This document shows, in pieces, positions 37,781-47,568 of a stretch of DNA of 64,000 nucleotides. Where the stretch lies: positions 2,617-66,616 of the forward strand of contig CAMCRP010000006.1 of assembly GCA_945877315.1 (NCBI GenBank), in the 5' to 3' direction. The notes under the pieces are model-generated. The model searched no databases. It was not told the DNA's origin and saw only the letters and a list, made by a program, of their open reading frames with translations. The stretch is from an uncultured Ruminococcus sp. Lineage in GTDB: Bacteria > Bacillota > Clostridia > Oscillospirales > Ruminococcaceae. Numbering within the stretch: position 1 is the first letter of the stretch; every line of letters begins with the position of its first letter. The position numbers were made by a program, and so were the translations under genes.

Positions 37781-38797
37781 ATGGACTTGCAGCAAGCACT
37801 TAAAGATGCTCATAATGCCGAGGACGGACAGCCGAAAATGCGTGCCTTGCAGACCGCCTACGCCATTGCTGACAATGAGAAAAACCTTCCCATGAGCCTG
37901 CATATCAGATATATGTACATAAACGAATCTATCTTTTCGGGAGACAGGCTTGGTGCGCTGCTCATATTCCCCGAATTTCTGGCAATGTATGACGCCCACC
38001 CCGAGCTTGACAATCCCCGTATCGACGAGGACGTTTCTTACGCCTTCCGCTGGGTAATAGAAGCGGCGGGAGAGTTCTATCAGGTCAGCGTTTCACAGGC
38101 GGACAGCTGGTTTTCCGAATATGCAAGACGGCTTGACGAGCAGGGGATCAGCCGTAAAATTGTGTATATGAAAAGCTCCCTTTACTACCGCTGGATCGAC
38201 CGCAAGCGTGCCCTTTCCGACTTCAAGCTGTTTATGAAAGCTCCCGAGGACGGCAATTCCGACGGGCTTGCGCTGAACACCGACCACATTGTTCTCATGA
38301 AGCTTTATCAGGGCGATGAAGCGGGTGCGCTGAAAACTGCAAAGCCCATTTTCGAGGGGAAGCTGCCCAATTTCAATCTCCCGCATCAGACCATGGCGGA
38401 TTTTGCGGATTTTTACCTTGCCTTCGGGGAATATGACAAGGCGCTTGATATGGCGGACAAGCTTTATCCCACCACCAAGGGCGACCCGTTTTTCTTAAAA
38501 AGCAGCTCCATTGCCATGGAGGCGGTGGCGGAATACGACCTAAAGCGTGCAGCCGAGATGTTTTCAACGGAATTACCCAATTTTGAGAAGTCGAAAAATC
38601 CATTTTTACGGTATTATTTCGCATCGGCGGCGGCAAAATTATTTGATAGAATGTCACACAAGGGAAACCTTCCCAAGGGTCTTGACGGCAGCTTTTACGG
38701 CATTGCAAAGGATCTGGCGGACAGGTTTGATGCCCGCAACGGCACTTCCTATTTCAACGATAGATTAAACGGCAGAACGGAGGACTACTATGTTTGA
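37781..38797 (+). CDS. Hypothetical protein, paralog 1 of an unknown two-member family
   Basis: 338 aa. Aligns with the N-terminal half of the next gene (MRALQTAYAIAD..LHIRYMYINESIFSGD..IFPEFLAMYDAHPE...FRWVIEAAGEFYQVSVSQADSWFSEY versus MDALNTAISSAD..LALRYLYIKESIFADD..MFPEYLALFDAHPE...FKWVLENSRDFYQVSLDRAEKYFEEF). Confidence 0.6.
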   Translation: MDLQQALKDAHNAEDGQPKMRALQTAYAIADNEKNLPMSLHIRYMYINESIFSGDRLGALLIFPEFLAMYDAHPELDNPRIDEDVSYAFRWVIEAAGEFYQVSVSQADSWFSEYARRLDEQGISRKIVYMKSSLYYRWIDRKRALSDFKLFMKAPEDGNSDGLALNTDHIVLMKLYQGDEAGALKTAKPIFEGKLPNFNLPHQTMADFADFYLAFGEYDKALDMADKLYPTTKGDPFFLKSSSIAMEAVAEYDLKRAAEMFSTELPNFEKSKNPFLRYYFASAAAKLFDRMSHKGNLPKGLDGSFYGIAKDLADRFDARNGTSYFNDRLNGRTEDYYV

Positions 38798-41063
38798 TTT
38801 TGATACCGAGTACAAAAAAATTATGCTGCTGGACGAGGGTGCGCCCCGTATGGACGCCCTGAATACAGCCATTTCTTCGGCAGATCAGGAGAACGACTAT
38901 TGGTCTGGACTGGCTTTGAGATACCTTTATATTAAGGAGTCCATTTTCGCCGATGACGCATTTCAGGCTATAATAATGTTCCCCGAATATTTGGCGTTAT
39001 TTGACGCTCACCCCGAATTTGAGGAGGAATTTTCAGCAGACATAATGTGGGCTTTCAAGTGGGTTCTGGAAAATTCCCGTGATTTTTATCAGGTTTCTCT
39101 TGACCGGGCTGAAAAGTATTTTGAGGAATTTAAGAAACGCTGTGACCGCTACGGTGCGGGAAACGGTGCATATTATATGAAAATAGCGAAATTCTACGAG
39201 CTTATTGACCCCGAATTTTCAAAGGCTGCATTTGCGGAATTTTCAAAAACACGCCGTGACAAGTTCAGCGACTGCTACGCCTGCGAGCTTAATTTCAAGG
39301 TGGAAAACGAGCTGAATAACGGCAGTCTTGAGTCTGCTTTGAAAGCCGCCGAGCCTATTTTCAGCGGAAAACGCACCTGCGCAGAGGTTCCCCACGTTAC
39401 CTACGGCGCATTTATGGACTATTACGCAAGACAGGGCGAATATGATAAGGCTATGAACTATGCCGAGAAGATGTACCGCCTTATCTCCGATAATCCGTCT
39501 TTCCTTGTGCAGGTGGGACAGTTTATGGAGCTGCTTTCCGTTACAAATGCCAAAAGGGGTGCAGAGGTGCTGAGAAAGCATATTGAACAGGCAACAGTCT
39601 GCAAAAATCCCTATATGCGTCTGAGATTTTGGATAGGCGCATACCGTATTTGCAGATGTGCTGCCGAGGAGTCCGAAAACAGACTGCGCATTGTCCTGCC
39701 GAGAAGCGGTTATCCCGCAGAGCTTAAAGATATTGTCCCCGAAAGAGCGGCGAGCAATATTTACGATGCGGCAGTTCTTGCGGATATGTTCAAAAAAGCA
39801 GCCGAAGCCCTTGCGGACAAGTTTGACGAGCGCAATAAAACTGACCGTTTTCGCAGCCTGACAGAGTTCACATTCCCCGAATATACGGGCGAAAAGGAAG
39901 GCATTTTCTCAATGTATATCCAGCCCGCACCGTCCATAATGACGGCAGTTGGCAAGGGTCTGACACTTGAAACGGCGAAGGCTGCTTTGGAAAATGCCGA
40001 GTATCTCCATGCAGAGGGCGTTATGATAGCTGACGACAGGCTTTATGCAAATATTTCCTGCTCAAACGGAATAATTGAAATGCAAATAACAGGCGCACCC
40101 TTTATGCCGCAGATGTTGGCAATGGCAGAGCCTCTCCACGCAATTACCGAGGACGAAATGGCAGCCCTAAAGGAAGCCGACAGTATGCTTGCCGTGCTTG
40201 CCAAGTATACGGGAAACGGCGTTGCTTGTTTCAGAAAGCAGCTGGAAGCGGTGCTTGCGGCTGCCCCCGAAACGCCTGTTATCATTGATATGAGCGCAAT
40301 TCAGACTATCTCCGCAAAATGGGCAGGGCTGGCGCTAAAATCGGAAATTGACCCGTCCTTTGAATATTATGTGAAGCTTCTCCCCTTTACAGATGATGAA
40401 AGCGATTCCGTGGAAATTACCGCCATGGGTCTGGAACGCTTCGGCATTTCCAATATCCGTCTGACAGGTTCAGACAAACAGCGTTACGGCTTTGACGCAA
40501 GGGCATTGCAGAAGTATGCAAGCGAGCTGTTTTACGGCGAAAATCCCGAAAATCCCGTTGCATTTGCATATGACGATGACGAGAACGAGTTCTGCGGCAT
40601 ATGTGTCCCCGCCGAAAAAACAGACGATGAAGAGGAACGTCCTCTGCCCCTGCTCCGCTATATCGACCCCGAAACGGAAGAGCCGAAAGCCCCCCATGAA
40701 TACGACATTGATTTCCTCAAAAACTACGGCTTCGGTCAGCTTCGTGACGAGTTCAAGAACACCGCTTTGCTTGCCAGAGAACGCTTTAGCTATTTCCTTG
40801 ACAACATTGAAAGGGCTGAACAGGCGGCGGCAAGAGTCCTTGTTATCGACCCCGAGGAGAATTTCGAGTACATCTGGTGTATATTCGACAAATCTCCCGA
40901 CGGAAAAATAACCGCAAGGGCAGACGAGGAAGGCAGCTTCATCTCCGAGGGTGACGAGGTTCAGCCTTATGACGGAGAGGATTTTGCCCCCGCAGATTGG
41001 GTGCTGAAAATGGGCGAAAACGGTATTCGTCCCGATGATGTTTATCTGCTTCTTGAAGAATAA
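38790..41063 (+). CDS. Hypothetical protein, paralog 2 (757 aa, with ~420-aa C-terminal extension)
   Basis: Overlaps paralog 1 by 8 nt (ATGTTTGA), suggesting translational coupling. The C-terminal extension has no motif I recognise. Confidence 0.6.
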   Translation: MFDFDTEYKKIMLLDEGAPRMDALNTAISSADQENDYWSGLALRYLYIKESIFADDAFQAIIMFPEYLALFDAHPEFEEEFSADIMWAFKWVLENSRDFYQVSLDRAEKYFEEFKKRCDRYGAGNGAYYMKIAKFYELIDPEFSKAAFAEFSKTRRDKFSDCYACELNFKVENELNNGSLESALKAAEPIFSGKRTCAEVPHVTYGAFMDYYARQGEYDKAMNYAEKMYRLISDNPSFLVQVGQFMELLSVTNAKRGAEVLRKHIEQATVCKNPYMRLRFWIGAYRICRCAAEESENRLRIVLPRSGYPAELKDIVPERAASNIYDAAVLADMFKKAAEALADKFDERNKTDRFRSLTEFTFPEYTGEKEGIFSMYIQPAPSIMTAVGKGLTLETAKAALENAEYLHAEGVMIADDRLYANISCSNGIIEMQITGAPFMPQMLAMAEPLHAITEDEMAALKEADSMLAVLAKYTGNGVACFRKQLEAVLAAAPETPVIIDMSAIQTISAKWAGLALKSEIDPSFEYYVKLLPFTDDESDSVEITAMGLERFGISNIRLTGSDKQRYGFDARALQKYASELFYGENPENPVAFAYDDDENEFCGICVPAEKTDDEEERPLPLLRYIDPETEEPKAPHEYDIDFLKNYGFGQLRDEFKNTALLARERFSYFLDNIERAEQAAARVLVIDPEENFEYIWCIFDKSPDGKITARADEEGSFISEGDEVQPYDGEDFAPADWVLKMGENGIRPDDVYLLLEE

Positions 41064-41126
41064 TTGCTGTACAGATCTCACCGCTGCCTGAGTGACTTAT
41101 TTAGGCGGGTGTATGGAGGGCTAAAT

Positions 41127-41525
41127 ATGTTTGATTCTATGGAAGATTTTATTTATGTCGCAGATGATTTTGTTGAGCATTTCAGAGATGGAAAATTAGA
41201 TTATTCGGTTGAAAGTCTAAATCTTCTCGAAGAATATCTTGACGATCTCAGCTGCTTTGGACTGGAAGATGAAGCACTTAATAATGCCGCTGAAACAATA
41301 GGAAGTTACATTTTTGAAACTGCCCGCAGATGCTATGGCGGTGAATATACATGGTCAGAGGAATACGACCAGCCTATGTTAGTTACGGTAATGCCTGAGC
41401 TTTCTGTGGCAATTATGGCATTTGATAAGGTGAAAAAACGTCTTAAAAACGAAAGTAAAGAAAGCATTTCCCTTTATATCTCAAAATATAAAGAACATAT
41501 CGAAAAAGGAAAACAGCAAAAGTGA
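41127..41525 (+). CDS. Small hypothetical protein (132 aa) downstream of the paralog pair
   Basis: Start moved to MFDSMEDFIY with RBS GGAGGG 6 nt upstream. Confidence 0.45.
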   Translation: MFDSMEDFIYVADDFVEHFRDGKLDYSVESLNLLEEYLDDLSCFGLEDEALNNAAETIGSYIFETARRCYGGEYTWSEEYDQPMLVTVMPELSVAIMAFDKVKKRLKNESKESISLYISKYKEHIEKGKQQK

Positions 41526-41614
41526 TACAATGTGTCGTCACTTAAATATTCCTCACAAAAACAGGGCTGTTGCAGCGTTTGCCGCAACAGCCCTATTGCT
41601 TTGCATCTAAAATA

Positions 41615-43552
41615 TTATTCCAACTCAAACGCACCCGTATAAAGCTGATAATACTTGCCCTTGTCGGCAATAAGCTTTTCGTGGCTGCCCTTTTCGATAA
41701 TTCTGCCGTTTTCCAGCACCATTATCACATCGGAATTTTTGACGGTAGACAGACGGTGCGCAATAACGAAAACCGTCCTGCCGTGCATAAGAGCGTCCAT
41801 GCCCTTCTGAACGATAGCTTCCGTTCTTGTGTCGATAGAGGAGGTCGCTTCGTCCAAAATCATAACAGGCGGGTCTGCCACAGCCGCTCTTGCAATTGCA
41901 AGCAGCTGACGCTGTCCCTGTGAAAGGTTTGCACCGTTGCCCGAAAGCTCCGTGTTATATCCGTCGGGAAGTCGTGTGATGAAATCGTGTGCGCCTGCCA
42001 ATTTTGCGGCTGCCATACATTCCTCATCGGTTGCGTCAAGACGACCGTAGCGGATATTATCCATAACCGTTCCCGTGAACAGGTTAGTGTCCTGCAAAAC
42101 TATGCCGAGAGAACGGCGGAGGTCTGCTTTCTTTATCTTGTTGATGTTGATGCCGTCATAGCGAATTTTTCCGTCCGCAATATCGTAGAAACGGTTTATC
42201 AGGTTGGTAATGGTGGTCTTTCCCGCACCTGTTGCGCCGACAAATGCCACCTTCTGTCCCGGCTCTGCGAAAATGGTAATGTCGTGGAGAACGATCTTTT
42301 CATCGGTATATCCGAAATCCACCTGATTAAGACGAACATCGCCCTTTAGCCTTGTGTAGGTAGTCGTACCGTCACCGTGAGGGTGCTTCCACGCCCAGAC
42401 ATTGGTACGCTCGGAACATTCGGTAAGAGTTCCGTCAGCGTTTTCACGGGCATTTACAAGGGTAACATATCCCTCGTCCGTTTCGGGCTGCTCGTCAATG
42501 AGATCAAAGATTCTGTCCGCACCTGCAAGACCCATAACGATAGAGTTTATCTGATTGGAAACCTGACCGATATTTCCGCAGAACTGCTTTGTCATATTCA
42601 GGAAGGGAACGATAATGCTGATACCGATAGCCATTCCCGAAATGCTCAGGTTGGGGACGTTAAAGGTCATAAGCGCACCGCCCGCCAGAGCAATTACAAC
42701 GTACATAACATTTCCGATATTTCCCAGAATAGGCATAAGGATATTTGCGTACTTGTTAGCCTTTTCGGCGTCCTCGAAGAGCTGCTCGTTTACAATGTCA
42801 AATTCCTTCTTGCACTCCTCCTCACGGCAGAACACCTTAACGACCTTCTGACCGTTCATCATTTCCTCGATAAAGCCCTCGGTCTTACCTACTGCCTGCT
42901 GCTGTCTGATGAAGTATTTGGAGGAATTTCCGCCGACCTTTTTTGTGACCATTGTCATAAAGAAGATACCCACGACTATAAGCAATGCCAGCCATACGCT
43001 GAAATACAGCATAATGGAGAACACGGTAATAATGGTAATTGCGGAGATTATAAGCTGCGGAACGCTCTGTGACACCATCTGACGGAGAGTGTCGATATCG
43101 TTGGTGTAATAGCTCATAATGTCGCCGTGATTGTGTGTGTCAAAATATTTGATAGGGAGATTTTGCATCTTGTCGAACATCTTGCAGCGAAGCTTTTGCA
43201 GCGTTCCCTGTGTGATTATCGCCATAAGCTGATTGTAAATGACACCCGATGCCAGCGAAAGGATATAGAATATGACCAGCACGCCCACAATGGAAAGTAT
43301 CTCGGGCTTAGCCGATGCCCAATCGCCGACCTTCCAATATTTCTCGATAACGGAGATAACATTCTGCATAAACAGCGAAGGCACCGAAGATACCACCGCA
43401 TTAAAAATAACGCAGAAAAGAGCAACGGGCAGCATTACAGGATAGAAGGAGAACAGCATTTTAACAAGTCTTTTAAAAGTCCCCTTTTTCGCCATAGGTC
43501 TGCCGCCGGGACCGCCCTTTGGGGGACGCATATTATGCTTCATCTGCGTCAC
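41615..43552 (-). CDS. ABC transporter ATP-binding/permease protein (type I exporter half-transporter, subunit 2)
   Basis: 6-TM N-terminal domain. Walker A GATGAGKTT. Signature LSQGQRQLLAIARA. Walker B ILDEATSSID. Overlaps the upstream half-transporter by 20 bp. Confidence 0.85.
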   Translation of the reverse strand: MTQMKHNMRPPKGGPGGRPMAKKGTFKRLVKMLFSFYPVMLPVALFCVIFNAVVSSVPSLFMQNVISVIEKYWKVGDWASAKPEILSIVGVLVIFYILSLASGVIYNQLMAIITQGTLQKLRCKMFDKMQNLPIKYFDTHNHGDIMSYYTNDIDTLRQMVSQSVPQLIISAITIITVFSIMLYFSVWLALLIVVGIFFMTMVTKKVGGNSSKYFIRQQQAVGKTEGFIEEMMNGQKVVKVFCREEECKKEFDIVNEQLFEDAEKANKYANILMPILGNIGNVMYVVIALAGGALMTFNVPNLSISGMAIGISIIVPFLNMTKQFCGNIGQVSNQINSIVMGLAGADRIFDLIDEQPETDEGYVTLVNARENADGTLTECSERTNVWAWKHPHGDGTTTYTRLKGDVRLNQVDFGYTDEKIVLHDITIFAEPGQKVAFVGATGAGKTTITNLINRFYDIADGKIRYDGININKIKKADLRRSLGIVLQDTNLFTGTVMDNIRYGRLDATDEECMAAAKLAGAHDFITRLPDGYNTELSGNGANLSQGQRQLLAIARAAVADPPVMILDEATSSIDTRTEAIVQKGMDALMHGRTVFVIAHRLSTVKNSDVIMVLENGRIIEKGSHEKLIADKGKYYQLYTGAFELE

Positions 43553-45278
43553 CTCCCTTATTCTGTGAGAAGTATACTTCTCTGTAAATTTCGTTGGACT
43601 TCATAAGCTCGTCATGAGTGCCGAAGCCGTTTATCTTTCCGCCGTCAAGGACAACTATCTTGTCCGCCTCCTGAACGGAGGAGATACGCTGTGCAATGAT
43701 TATCTTAGTAGTTTCGGGGATAAATTCCTTGAATGCCTTTCTGATAAGCGCATCTGTCTTGGTATCGACAGCACTTGTGGAATCGTCCAGAATAAGTATC
43801 TTGGGACGCTTCAGCAACGCTCTTGCAATACAAAGCCTCTGCTTCTGACCGCCCGAAACGTTCGCACCGCCCTGTTCGATGTATGTGTCATACTTATCGG
43901 GAAATTTCTCGATAAACTCGTCCGCACAGGCAAGACGGCAGGCTTCTATCATCTGTTCGTCCGTAGCGTCCTTGTTGCCCCAGCGGAGATTGTCCTTGAT
44001 AGTTCCCGAAAACAGCACGTTTTTCTGGAGAACGACAGCCACCTGATTTCGGAGCGACTCAATGTCATACTCCCTTACGTCACGTCCGCCGACCTTTACG
44101 GAACCTGCGGAAACGTCGTAAAGGCGGGAAATAAGCTGTATCAGCGAGGATTTTGACGAACCCGTTCCGCCGATAATGCCGATAGTTTCGCCCGATTTTA
44201 TATGCAGATCGATGTTTTCCAGAGCATATCTTTCAGCCTTTTCCGAATAGCGGAAGGAAACTCCGTCAAAGTCCACGGAACCGTCCTTTACTTCGGTTAT
44301 GGGATCTTCGGGATTGTGAAGAGTGCTTTCTTCTGTGAGAACCTCTGCAATACGATGTGCGGATTCTGCGGACATTGTCATCATAACAAATATCATGGAA
44401 ACCATCATCAGGCTCATAAGTATCTGAAAGCTGTATGTCAGCAGGGAAGAAAGCTGTCCCACATCAAGGTCAACGCCCAATGAAGTAACCACCGCCTGCG
44501 AACCGAACACCATAACGCATATCATAACAACGTACATACAAAACTGCATCAGAGGGTTATTCAGCGCAATTATACGCTCTGCCTTTGTGAAATCTGCGCA
44601 AACCTCGTCGGCAGCCTTCTTGAATTTTGCCTTTTCATAATCCTCACGAACGAAGGATTTTACAACTCTCATTCCCTTGATATTCTCCTGAACGGAGCTG
44701 TTGATATTGTCGTATTTCTTGAAAACACGCTGAAAAAGCGGCATTACCGTCTTGATTATCAGTGCCAGACCGATACCGAGGACAGGCACCACAAACAGGA
44801 ACACCATAGCCGTCTTTCCGCCCATAACAAACGCCATAACGAAGGAGAATATGAGCATCAGCGGACATCTTACCGCAATTCTGATTATCATCATATACGC
44901 CATCTGAACGTTCATAATATCCGTGGTAAGACGTGTCACCAGCGATGAAGTGGAGAATTTGTCGATATTCTCAAAGGAAAAGTTCTGTATCCGATAGAAC
45001 ATATCCTTTCTGAGATTTTTCGCAAATCCGCAGGACGCCGTTGCGCAGTACATACCCGAAAGCGAACCGCATGCCAGAGAGCCGAACGCCATCACCACAA
45101 GTATTGCACCGTATACCGCAATGGTTTTCATATCGCAGCCTGCCTTTATCTGATTGACAAGGTTTGCGATAATGAAGGGGATAATACATTCCAGCACGAC
45201 CTCACCCGAAACATAAAGCGGGGTAAGTATGGACGCCTTCTTGTACTCCCGAATGGATTTTGCCAGAGTTTTTATCAT
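43533..45278 (-). CDS. ABC transporter ATP-binding/permease protein (type I exporter half-transporter, subunit 1)
   Basis: Start trimmed to MIKTLAKSIREYKK (RBS GGGAGGGAG). Walker A GGTGSSKSS. Signature VSGGQKQRLCIARA. Walker B LILDDSTSAVD. Confidence 0.85.
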   Translation of the reverse strand: MIKTLAKSIREYKKASILTPLYVSGEVVLECIIPFIIANLVNQIKAGCDMKTIAVYGAILVVMAFGSLACGSLSGMYCATASCGFAKNLRKDMFYRIQNFSFENIDKFSTSSLVTRLTTDIMNVQMAYMMIIRIAVRCPLMLIFSFVMAFVMGGKTAMVFLFVVPVLGIGLALIIKTVMPLFQRVFKKYDNINSSVQENIKGMRVVKSFVREDYEKAKFKKAADEVCADFTKAERIIALNNPLMQFCMYVVMICVMVFGSQAVVTSLGVDLDVGQLSSLLTYSFQILMSLMMVSMIFVMMTMSAESAHRIAEVLTEESTLHNPEDPITEVKDGSVDFDGVSFRYSEKAERYALENIDLHIKSGETIGIIGGTGSSKSSLIQLISRLYDVSAGSVKVGGRDVREYDIESLRNQVAVVLQKNVLFSGTIKDNLRWGNKDATDEQMIEACRLACADEFIEKFPDKYDTYIEQGGANVSGGQKQRLCIARALLKRPKILILDDSTSAVDTKTDALIRKAFKEFIPETTKIIIAQRISSVQEADKIVVLDGGKINGFGTHDELMKSNEIYREVYFSQNKGGDADEA

Positions 45279-45498
45279 TTTCCTATCTCCCTCCCGAAGA
45301 TATTTCGCCCGACTAAAAAAACGTAATCCAAATGGATTACGCAAGAACATTGAAAGCCTTTCCCGAGCGATAAAATAACTATTTGTACCATATATAAGGA
45401 TAACACTATATTTTTTAAAAGTCAAGTCAAGTAAGATGAAAACTGGGTGAAAACAGCTTTTTTTAGTGTTTAGTGTTGAGAGTTGAGTGTTGAGTTAA

Positions 45499-45600
45499 AT
45501 GTGGAAAGTGAAAAGTGGAAAGTGGAGTTGTTGGTGCTGTATTGAATGTGGAAAGTTGAAAGTGAAAAGTGGAGTTGTTGGTGATAAGTGTTGAGTTTGT
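45499..45600. repeat. Tandem GTGGAAAGTGAAAAGTGGAAAGTGGAGTTGTTGGTG repeats (two copies plus GTGTTGAGTT modules)
   Basis: The short ORF 45463..45684 in the track merely translates this repeat (STFHFPHL). Confidence 0.7.
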
Positions 45601-45790
45601 TTTGGATTTTTTTCGAAATATTGTAGGGGACGCATCCCGTCCCGCTTTTTCCGAGAACAGTTTCCCCGTCCCGCAGCTTCGCACTTTGCTATTTTGTGTT
45701 GAATATCTGCGAAATTTACCGTATAAAAATATTTAGGACATTTTTGTGTGATATAATGTTTCCCGAATCAATCCGAAAGGACATCTAAAA

Positions 45791-46660
45791 ATGAAAAGCA
45801 AACACAAAGCCATTTTATACATACTCAGCGCAGCATTGTTCTTCTCCCTCATGAACACCTTTGTGCGGCTGGCGGGGGATCTGCCGTTTATCCAAAAAAG
45901 CTTTTTCCGAAACCTTATAGCCTTTTTCTGCGCCGCCGCTGTAATGAAAAAGCAGCATATCAGCCCGAAATGGAAGGACGGCACTTTAAAGGGTCTGCTC
46001 ATGCGTTCAAGCTTCGGTCTTGCGGGGATACTCTGCAACTTTTACGCCGTTGACCATATCCCCATTGCGGACGCTTCAATGCTCAACAAGCTGTCCCCCT
46101 TTTTCGCCATACTGTTTTCGCTGATTTTTCTCGGTGAACGGGTAACTATTGTTCAATGGCTTCTGGCAATGGGCGCATTTGCGGGCAGTCTGCTGATAAT
46201 AAAGCCGTCCATGACAAACACAGATTTCTTCCCCGCACTTATCGGACTTTTCGGGGGAATGGGTGCGGGGGCGGCATACACCGCAGTAAGATGGCTGTCG
46301 GGCAAGGGCGTGAAGGGACCGTATGTGGTGTTTTTCTTCTCGGCGTTTTCCTGCCTAGTGACAGCACCCGCTCTTATTTTCGACTATCACCCCATGACGG
46401 TCTATCAGCTGGCAATGCTGCTTCTGGCGGGAGGTTCGGCGGCAGCAGCGCAGTTCTCCATAACGGCGGCATACTTCAACGCCCCCGCTAAGGAGATATC
46501 CGTTTTCGACTATTCCCAAGTGATATTCTCCGCAATTATCGGTATGATAGTGTTTGACCAGCTGCCCGACATTTACAGCTTTCTCGGATATATCGTCATC
46601 TGCCTTATGGCGGTCATTATGTTTTTCTACAATAACCGGAACGTCGGCAAAGCCGACTAA
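45791..46660 (+). CDS. EamA/DMT-family transporter
   Basis: 10 predicted TM segments in two EamA-like halves. Confidence 0.7.
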   Translation: MKSKHKAILYILSAALFFSLMNTFVRLAGDLPFIQKSFFRNLIAFFCAAAVMKKQHISPKWKDGTLKGLLMRSSFGLAGILCNFYAVDHIPIADASMLNKLSPFFAILFSLIFLGERVTIVQWLLAMGAFAGSLLIIKPSMTNTDFFPALIGLFGGMGAGAAYTAVRWLSGKGVKGPYVVFFFSAFSCLVTAPALIFDYHPMTVYQLAMLLLAGGSAAAAQFSITAAYFNAPAKEISVFDYSQVIFSAIIGMIVFDQLPDIYSFLGYIVICLMAVIMFFYNNRNVGKAD

Positions 46661-46812
46661 TGTGAAAAGTGGAAAGTGGAAAGTGGAATTTTTTTCGCAG
46701 CCACATAATTTAAGGGGCAACCATTATGGCTGTCCCTTAATTTTATATGATGTATACCGCAGTAATCCGAACACTAATAACTCCACTTTTCACTTTTCAC
46801 TTTCCACACTAA
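46661..46812. repeat. MITE/REP-like element: GTGAAAAGTGGAAAGTGGAAAGTGG ... TTAAGGGGCAACCATTATGGCTGTCCCTTAA ... CCACTTTTCACTTTTCACTTTCCAC
   Basis: Terminal inverted repeats of the GTGGAAAG family flank a central G/C hairpin. It fills the whole intergenic space between convergent genes. Same architecture as 49728..49903. Confidence 0.7.
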
Positions 46813-46813
46813 A

Positions 46814-47551
46814 CTAAAACCCTATCTTTTCCGACGAATCAGCCGAACTTGATGAAACATAATGCTTGCTTGCGTCCTTCTTCATATCAACATAAACCTT
46901 CACCGTATCGCCGGGGCTGTAAGGACTTTCCAAAGGGTGATGAGGGTGACTGCGGAATGTCGTTGTTATACCGAAGCCGCTGTCATAGGTGAAAACCGAC
47001 TGATTGTATCTGACCTTATTTACCGTCAGATTTGAGGGCTCTTCCCCCGTATATTCAGCATAAACATACTTGTCATCTCTGATAAGCCTGTTTATGTAAG
47101 CACCCTTGCGCAGTTCAACTATAAGAAATGCCGCTCCGATGCCGCCGAAAACAAAGACGAATATCAGGCATACCGCCGATGCCACTCCGGGGTCTGTCAT
47201 ACTCCTTTTCGGATCATTCGGGTCAATAAGTATAGAAATTTCATCGCCCTCAGCCATTCCCGAATAATAATAGTCCAGCTTTTCCGAATAGTGCTGACCG
47301 TTATAATCGTATTCAACGTAAACGTCGTGATAGGTCGTTGTCGTATTTCTGCTTTTGCTGCCACTGCTGCTGTGTCTGCGTTCACGCCGCACCTGAATGT
47401 CGGTTATCTCGGCGGTAACGCTGACTGCAGTTTTCTTGAAGCTGTTCCAGCTGACATTTACTGAAACCGAAACTATCAGCATTACCACAGCCACAAGAGA
47501 GAAAACTCCGCCTATTATCATAAACACGAGATTGTATTTGTATTTTCCCAT
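46814..47551 (-). CDS. DUF3592-like membrane protein
   Basis: N-terminal TM (LVFMIIGGVFSLVAVVMLIVSV), a beta-rich domain, and a second TM (AVCLIFVFVFGGIGAAFLIV). Start placed at MGKYKY (GGGGGAAAC upstream) with moderate confidence. Confidence 0.55.
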   Translation of the reverse strand: MGKYKYNLVFMIIGGVFSLVAVVMLIVSVSVNVSWNSFKKTAVSVTAEITDIQVRRERRHSSSGSKSRNTTTTYHDVYVEYDYNGQHYSEKLDYYYSGMAEGDEISILIDPNDPKRSMTDPGVASAVCLIFVFVFGGIGAAFLIVELRKGAYINRLIRDDKYVYAEYTGEEPSNLTVNKVRYNQSVFTYDSGFGITTTFRSHPHHPLESPYSPGDTVKVYVDMKKDASKHYVSSSSADSSEKIGF

Positions 47552-47568
47552 GGTCGTTTCCCCCATAT

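Noticed and set aside
45463-45684. Short ORFs in the track translating to ...STFHFPHL.../...NSTFHFSLSTLN... (also 46554-46817, 49836-50105, 54854-55069, and the N-terminal 50 aa of the 6374-7768 ORF)
   Set aside because: They are translations of the GTGGAAAGTGAAAAGTGG repeat family in various frames. They have no RBS and no independent coding signal.
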